Under the pieces are notes generated by a model. It was not told where the DNA came from, did no database searches, and saw only the letters and a list, made by a program, of their open reading frames with translations. Positions 33,078-38,322 of a stretch of 38,322 nt of DNA are shown here, one piece after another. This DNA comes from a virus (Duplodnaviria; Caudoviricetes). Positions within the stretch are counted from its first letter, which is position 1. Each line of letters starts with the position of its first letter. Position numbers and translations under genes: made by a program. The stretch spans positions 1 to 38,322 of the IMG/VR virus record IMGVR_UViG_3300028588_000052, one strand, 5' to 3'.

Positions 33078-33500
33078 ATGGGGCGTCTTCGTACTTCCAG
33101 CTTGACTGCACTGTCGGCTGCTGTGTTGCTGTCTGTGCTTGCTGGTTGCGCGTCGTCGCCGGCTGTTGCTCCGACGCCGCGGTTCAAGACGGCGATCGAG
33201 AAGTGTCATGTTGCGGCGGGGCATGACGGTCTCGAGTACGCGGACAGGGGCGCTTCGTTGATCTTGTCGACTGAGGCGAACCCGGATGTGTTGTCGACGC
33301 ACGTGAACATCGCGAACGTTATCTGCGTCCTCGACAAGCTGCACGTGTCGGCGGCGACGAAGGATCGCATGTTCAACACGCGTGCGTTGGACGGGATGCA
33401 GGACGCACGGTGGAAGGGCATCGAAGCGTCGTGGACGTACCACCCGGATGACGGGTTCAACCTGTCGCTGGAAGACAAGCGGCTCGAGGCTGCCCGGTAA
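33078..33500 (+). CDS. Lipoprotein (moron; superinfection-exclusion candidate)
   Basis: Signal peptide with LAGC lipobox; ATG 7 nt after the -10-like CATACT; conserved 'C.L..L......M..TRALDG.Q.A.W.....SW.YHPD.G' domain. Confidence 0.8.
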   Translation: MGRLRTSSLTALSAAVLLSVLAGCASSPAVAPTPRFKTAIEKCHVAAGHDGLEYADRGASLILSTEANPDVLSTHVNIANVICVLDKLHVSAATKDRMFNTRALDGMQDARWKGIEASWTYHPDDGFNLSLEDKRLEAAR

Positions 33501-33550
33501 GTTGCGGGCCGGTTACTTGAACGTCACCGGTTGCTCGTACCCTGCCTCTC

Positions 33551-33832
33551 ATGCCGCAGTACCAGTGGTCCCCGCCTGAGCACCCGGACCCGCCTGAGGA
33601 TCAGCCGTTCGGTGTCGAGGGTGTGCAGTGGTCTGAGTGGGTCGACCACACGCCTGTATGGGTGCAGGTCGAGTTCACTCGCACGGGCTGGCAGCGAGTC
33701 CCGGGGTTCGTTGATGCCGACGCCGGCGATCGGGTCTACGTCCAGTTCGTGCATATGGGATACAGCCATCGAGGCTGGCTAGATCGAAGCCGAGTGACAC
33801 ATCGCAGCCTGCATCGGCAGCGGCCGCGGTAA
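33551..33832 (+). CDS. Hypothetical protein (SH3-like beta pattern)
   Basis: 93 aa, 'PVWV.V......RV.GF.......V.VQ.......W.....V..R'. Confidence 0.6.
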   Translation: MPQYQWSPPEHPDPPEDQPFGVEGVQWSEWVDHTPVWVQVEFTRTGWQRVPGFVDADAGDRVYVQFVHMGYSHRGWLDRSRVTHRSLHRQRPR

Positions 33833-33864
33833 CCGGCAGAAGACCGCAGCCTGATCAACGACGA

Positions 33865-33904
33865 AAGACCCCCTCGATCTCCCGAAGGAAACCGAGGGGG
33901 TCTT
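33865..33904. terminator. Bidirectional terminator between converging moron and late transcripts
   Basis: 12-bp IR AAGACCCCCTCG / CGAGGGGGTCTT. Confidence 0.8.
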
Positions 33905-33917
33905 GTCGCGTTCTGGC

Positions 33918-35591
33918 TCAGACCATCGTGCTGAGCTTCACTGCGAGTGCGTCGGCGATCATGCGGTGAGCGGTGGGCGACGGGTGGATGCCATCAATGG
34001 TCATGTGACCGATATTTGCTGTCGCGTTGGATACCGATCCGAGCACGATACCCTGCACGCTAGCACGCGTTCCACCGTTGCTGTTGCCCGTAATGTTGAA
34101 GATGGCGGACTTAGAGTTGTCTGACGAGCCGGCACCGACCACAAACAATGTTTCGCCGGTATCAGCAGCGGTGAACACGGTGGAGGAAGTATCCAAGGAT
34201 GACCCACCGGCCGTGCCACTTACTTGCAGCGACCGGCCCTGCGGTGGCTTCCACACATTGGTGTCCCGCCCGTTTTCCACGATGTCAGCGAGCTCAAACC
34301 AGTCAGTCAGCGGGTGCCCTGGCTGGCCGATTACGTAAGCGCCCTGACCGATGGCCGCAGCATTGAACGACGCGGTGAGCGGCGCGCCGGCTCTGATCCA
34401 CGCATTAAGCTGGTTACGAAGGTCCGCGTACCCAGATAGTGCGGTCTGATTGTCAGTTGTCTGCCAATTGTCCGTGCTGTTACTGCGGGGCGTGATGGTC
34501 GTCTGAACGATCCGGTGGCCGTGAGCCGCAACGTTCAGCCACCAAGCAATCATGTTCGACTGAATCGTCGCAAACGGAAGAAGTGCTGAACAGTCATTAC
34601 TGCCAAGCTCGGTTACCACGTAGTCGAATGGGGCCGTCATGATTGCGCCCTTTACCCAAAACTGCTTCAGATACACATCAGCTGTAGCGCCAGGGCTCCC
34701 AAGATCCGAGAATGCGACTCCGGCCTTGCGACACGCTACCCTAAAGAATCCACGGTCATCATAAGGGTCTCCCACTCCGGCCATGATGGAGTCGCCGACA
34801 CCCAACACCATGGGCGCGGCAGCTGGCTTTCCAAGCACGGGCGAGGGCTTGCCCAGAATGAGCGCAGGGCTATAAACACGCGTATATGATGCTGGGATAT
34901 TTGTAGGGCTTGACGTGGCAAGATAACCCGGCGTAACAGTAGTGCCGCTAACGAGACCTTCGCTCAATCCGGTCTGAGTGATCATGCCAGTGGGCCACTT
35001 CCCGCCGGAAGTAGCGCTCACAGAGGTGCGAGCGTACATGATCTGCCCAGCGGAGAAGGTAAGCGGGATCACATCAGAGACTACCGTTCCCCCGCCAGGG
35101 ATAGTGACGCTTGCGCTACCACCGAAGGTCACAGGCACAGTCCTGCTATCCGATGCGGTAGCCGCCGCAACTCCAGGCGCTACAACGGCAGACACTGTGA
35201 TTGGATTGCTGTTGGGCGCGTCCTGGGTGTAGTTGTTGAAGACCAGTCGGATGCTAGCCGCGGCATAGGTGAAGCGGTGCATCGTGCGCGCGTAGGCCTG
35301 CGTGTCAGTGCCATTCGAGAACGACGAGTTGCCGCCAGTGAAGCTATTTCCGCGGTCCGCGACGATGATGCTTCCAGCAAAAAGAGAGTCTGCCCCGATA
35401 GCTTTACCGTTGATGCTGGGCGTTCCGGTGAGAGCCGGACTGTTACTCGGAGCGAGCGGAGCGATACGACTGCCGATTGCGTCGCCCTCTACACTGCCCG
35501 GACTCTTCAGATTCGTAGCAATGCGCTGCCGTACAGCGTCGGGGAACTGCTTGGTGTCCGAGTCGACGGACGGGATCTGTGGGGTGCCCAT
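33918..35591 (-). CDS. SGNH/GDSL esterase-containing (probably virion-associated) protein
   Basis: Block I 'GVGDSIMAG', block III 'ELGSND', block V 'DGIHP'; N-terminal fibre-like 'LAP.NSPALTGTP' and a jelly-roll-like domain. Confidence 0.85.
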   Translation of the reverse strand: MGTPQIPSVDSDTKQFPDAVRQRIATNLKSPGSVEGDAIGSRIAPLAPSNSPALTGTPSINGKAIGADSLFAGSIIVADRGNSFTGGNSSFSNGTDTQAYARTMHRFTYAAASIRLVFNNYTQDAPNSNPITVSAVVAPGVAAATASDSRTVPVTFGGSASVTIPGGGTVVSDVIPLTFSAGQIMYARTSVSATSGGKWPTGMITQTGLSEGLVSGTTVTPGYLATSSPTNIPASYTRVYSPALILGKPSPVLGKPAAAPMVLGVGDSIMAGVGDPYDDRGFFRVACRKAGVAFSDLGSPGATADVYLKQFWVKGAIMTAPFDYVVTELGSNDCSALLPFATIQSNMIAWWLNVAAHGHRIVQTTITPRSNSTDNWQTTDNQTALSGYADLRNQLNAWIRAGAPLTASFNAAAIGQGAYVIGQPGHPLTDWFELADIVENGRDTNVWKPPQGRSLQVSGTAGGSSLDTSSTVFTAADTGETLFVVGAGSSDNSKSAIFNITGNSNGGTRASVQGIVLGSVSNATANIGHMTIDGIHPSPTAHRMIADALAVKLSTMV

Positions 35592-35609
35592 GGTGGCCTT
35601 TCAAGTGAG

Positions 35610-36056
35610 TCAGTGTGCGGGTCGGGGCCGCGTCGCTTCGAGCGCGGAGGGGATCACGTCGGCGAGCGTCACAGCGTCTTCGCCTTCCGGGTACGGCATC
35701 TCCGGTTCCACACCCCACGCGTTCATGATGTGACCCACCCAACGAGCGAGCGCGGTACGGAACTTGCGGTCCTCACGCTTGAAGTTCTCGAACGCCTTCT
35801 CGATGCGGTCAGCTTTCTTCTCCGCCTGCTCGACCCGCTCAGTCAGCTGCGCGTTAGACCGCAGCACATCCTTGACGAACTGGCCCGGGTCTGCGGCGTA
35901 CCGTGCGACAGCCTCCTGCTCTTCGTCGGACACTTCCGCGCGGCGTCGTGCGCGAGCACGGCGGACACCGAACACGGTCCCCCACGCCCCGAACAGGGCG
36001 ATGATGATCCCGCCGGCAGTGGTGATGGCTGTGCGTATGGTTTCCGGATCGCTCAC
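35610..36056 (-). CDS. Membrane-anchored coiled-coil protein (lysis-cassette accessory)
   Basis: GTG 36056; one N-terminal TM followed by a coiled coil. Confidence 0.7.
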   Translation of the reverse strand: MSDPETIRTAITTAGGIIIALFGAWGTVFGVRRARARRRAEVSDEEQEAVARYAADPGQFVKDVLRSNAQLTERVEQAEKKADRIEKAFENFKREDRKFRTALARWVGHIMNAWGVEPEMPYPEGEDAVTLADVIPSALEATRPRPAH

Positions 36057-36520
36057 TCTGCCCCCTTCCGTGCCAGTCGTCGCGCGGCGCTCGCATCCGC
36101 CTCTTTCCGGCCGATCGTGGAGACGAGGTCCACGCACCGGATCAGGAGACCGATGACCGCGAGGTCGACGAGTGTGATGGTCAGCAGGGAGGACAGCGAA
36201 CCAGAGTCGACGTAGAACCCGAGGACGATGCCGTAGACGATGAACCCGATGATGAGGACACCCTTGCCGACGAGTTCAGTCCAGTCGCGGCAGAACACGA
36301 GACCGATGGTGGCGAGAACAGCCCCGAGTCCCATCGTCGCGGCCCATGCGTACGGGAACCACTGCAGGGTGAAGTCCTCCACCACCTGTGAGCCGACGAA
36401 CACAGCGACCGCCGCGAACACCAGCAGGTGCAGGTCCACGAGCGGCAGGAACACCTGGTAGATGGGTCGGAACCGTGGCGGCACCAACGGCATCGCATCG
36501 TGTGACCAGATCGTCTTCAC
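36053..36520 (-). CDS. Four-TM membrane protein (holin-like accessory)
   Basis: GTG 36520; four hydrophobic segments; in the lysis cassette. Confidence 0.7.
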   Translation of the reverse strand: MKTIWSHDAMPLVPPRFRPIYQVFLPLVDLHLLVFAAVAVFVGSQVVEDFTLQWFPYAWAATMGLGAVLATIGLVFCRDWTELVGKGVLIIGFIVYGIVLGFYVDSGSLSSLLTITLVDLAVIGLLIRCVDLVSTIGRKEADASAARRLARKGAE

Positions 36521-36540
36521 GTGCGTCCCCCTTCGCCTGG

Positions 36541-36918
36541 TCAACTGACCTGGTCGGAGCCGTCAACGATCTGCGGCGGCGACACTTCACCAACCTGCTT
36601 CGCGGTCGCCTGACGAACCGCTGCCGCCTTCGGAACCGACCCAAGTCCGATCGTCGTCAGCCACTGGTTCACTGCCGGGATCGCCATCACCCGGGACAGG
36701 CCACCAGCAACCGCCGTCACGACAGCTGCTGCAGAGACGAGCCACAGGTACACCTTCCCGTCGACCGGCAGACCAGCCGCCGAGATGATCGTCGGCAGCA
36801 CACCGGCGAACGCGATGAACGCTGGGATGCCAACCTGCACGACGGTGCGGAGGACTCTCTGCGCGCTAAACCAGATGGGCTCGACGGCGATTGCCTGCTT
36901 CTCGTGGTCACCCATCAC
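36541..36918 (-). CDS. Holin
   Basis: 'R..RT.VQ', two TMs and 'RVMAIP.VN.WL..IGL'; directly after the endolysin. Confidence 0.75.
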   Translation of the reverse strand: MMGDHEKQAIAVEPIWFSAQRVLRTVVQVGIPAFIAFAGVLPTIISAAGLPVDGKVYLWLVSAAAVVTAVAGGLSRVMAIPAVNQWLTTIGLGSVPKAAAVRQATAKQVGEVSPPQIVDGSDQVS

Positions 36919-37733
36919 TTGCCGCCCTTCTTGATGAACGTGCGGAGCTCCTGGATGGCGAGGGCCTGCAGCGACCAGCGGCCGTTCGGCTGCGCCTTGA
37001 GGAGCACGTTCTTGTCCGTGTAGGCGGTCGGGATGTCGCAGCTGGCGAACAGCACCTTCGCGTCAGCGAGGGACAGCTCGTGGAGCTCGTCGGTGGCGGA
37101 GAACACCTTGCGGAGCAGGTCCGCGTTCTTCGTCGAGCTGGAGTACGTGAGGGTGCCGAAGCCCACCTGGAAGTGGGCTCCGGTCTCCTTGATCTTGACT
37201 GCGGCGGTCATGTCGTCGTCCTCTCGAGGGATGGTGATGGTGGGGGGCTTGGGTGCCGGCTTCGCGAGGGTGAGCGCGTTGCTGACGGTGATCCCGGGGT
37301 ACGGCGGGAAGTGCTCGGCGCGGGTCGCGCCTTCGATGTGCCAGGGCTCGCCGAAGTTGCGGCCAGTCCACGTGAAGCCGCGGAGCTCGGCTCGCTGCTG
37401 TGCCCAGGTGAACTCGGCGGACGTCAGCGCACGGTTCTTGCCGGCCGCGTCGGTGACACCCATGTCGATCGCGTTGCCGTGCAGCACCTCGTCGTGGCGT
37501 GACGTGTACGGGTACGCAGCCTTGGGGTAGCCGTTGCGAAGGTACGCGCTGTACAGCAGCGACTGTCGGCTGCGGCTGCGGCGTGCTTCGTTCGGGCTGA
37601 GTCGGTAGCCGAAGCGTGCCCAGAAGTCACGGACCAGCGACAGCCACTGCTGCGCGATCCGCTCCGAGTTGACGTACTGCATCTGTCCGCGGAGGTCGCC
37701 GTACGACGACTCCCCGATCGGGTACCAGGCCAT
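36915..37733 (-). CDS. Endolysin, M15-family Zn peptidase with C-terminal putative binding domain
   Basis: 'RS...Q..LY......AA.P.TS.H......G.AID...EPWH', then a Pro-rich linker 'PKPP....EDDDM'. Confidence 0.85.
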   Translation of the reverse strand: MAWYPIGESSYGDLRGQMQYVNSERIAQQWLSLVRDFWARFGYRLSPNEARRSRSRQSLLYSAYLRNGYPKAAYPYTSRHDEVLHGNAIDMGVTDAAGKNRALTSAEFTWAQQRAELRGFTWTGRNFGEPWHIEGATRAEHFPPYPGITVSNALTLAKPAPKPPTITIPREDDDMTAAVKIKETGAHFQVGFGTLTYSSSTKNADLLRKVFSATDELHELSLADAKVLFASCDIPTAYTDKNVLLKAQPNGRWSLQALAIQELRTFIKKGGK

Positions 37734-37793
37734 TCCGGCCCTCCTTCAACGACGAAGAGCCGCCCCAGTAGGGACGGCTCGAGAGTGAGTGGG

Positions 37794-38322
37794 TCAGATG
37801 TGGATCGCTTCGACGACGAGCGTCTGACCGGATAACAGCGTCACGCCGGACGTCACCTGCACGGTGCAGCCCGTCGCCGTGCGTGCTGATGGCAGGCAGG
37901 ACGCGGACACGCCAGTCAGCGGAATACCAGCAGACGAGTACACCGACGCCGTCACCAAGTAGTCGGCATCCACGAACGGTGCATCCCACACGATCGAGTA
38001 CGCCTTCGTGCCGCCCAGAGCGAGAGCAGTCATGTTCGTGACCGTCTTCACCTGATGCGACTGGTTGCCGATCCGCTTCAACGTGGACGCTCGGGACTGC
38101 ACGTACGCCGACCACAGGCCGACGATGAGCATGTCCGTGCGGACACCTTGGATGGATCCGTCGATCGGGCTGTAGATCACGAACTCGCGCAGACCGGCTG
38201 CGTCGAGGTCGTCCGCGATCGGACCCATCCCGACCGACGAGGGGTTGTCCTTGTACGCCCAGTTCTTCAACGTGATGTTGAGGAACTTCGTCATGTCGAC
38301 GGCGTAGTCCGACCCGATGTTC
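37794..38322 (-). CDS. 3' part of the junction-spanning tail protein: intramolecular chaperone (peptidase S74-like) plus C-terminal beta domain
   Basis: 'STRAKKNI...W.YK.......G.IA.DL...GL.EFV.Y...G...GV....L...L', then 'IVWD.PF.D.DY.V.A...T.TG.TV'. Confidence 0.75.
   Translation of the reverse strand, partial: NIGSDYAVDMTKFLNITLKNWAYKDNPSSVGMGPIADDLDAAGLREFVIYSPIDGSIQGVRTDMLIVGLWSAYVQSRASTLKRIGNQSHQVKTVTNMTALALGGTKAYSIVWDAPFVDADYLVTASVYSSAGIPLTGVSASCLPSARTATGCTVQVTSGVTLLSGQTLVVEAIHI
38258..38322. repeat. Terminal direct repeat / circular overlap, right copy
   Basis: Matches 1-65 with one mismatch. Confidence 0.95.

Noticed and set aside
1-38322. Diversity-generating retroelement, retron, or stop-codon recoding
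   Set aside because: No reverse transcriptase or TR/VR pair was seen; genes are intact under the standard code and end in TGA, TAG or TAA; no suppressor tRNA.

Overview
The window is an apparently complete, high-GC temperate siphovirus genome of about 38,257 bp, circularised by a 65-bp terminal overlap. The host is actinobacterial, probably Microbacteriaceae-like (inference). Almost all genes are on the minus strand. In genome order they are: HNH, terS/terL, portal, MuF-like protein, scaffold, capsid, neck, tail (with a -1 frameshifted chaperone), tape measure, Dit, minor tails, a chaperone-containing tail protein spanning the contig junction, an M15 endolysin with three membrane proteins, an SGNH esterase, a lipoprotein moron, attP (3' half of tRNA-Thr(UGU)), a cREC-type receiver gene coupled to a tyrosine integrase, ImmA/repressor/Cro/Xis, early genes (GIY-YIG, possible Acb4-like sponge, YqaJ exonuclease, HNH, adenine MTase, RusA, initiator with internal origin, SSB), a putative late regulator, tRNA-Trp(CCA) and an HNH. 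The most unusual signal is a set of tRNA 'top-half' mini-helices (acceptor-like stem plus T-arm, no D or anticodon arm). One of them (28618-28667) has canonical 7 bp + 5 bp geometry. Together with the real tRNA-Trp, these elements bracket two free-standing endonuclease genes, which suggests an RNA-processing or mobility system. Other notable items are a predicted pseudoknot controlling the tail-chaperone RBS, a 4-nt frameshift in the terminase-associated HNH, and two unannotated 35-aa zinc mini-proteins sharing one motif. All family assignments come from motif recognition only; no searches were run.
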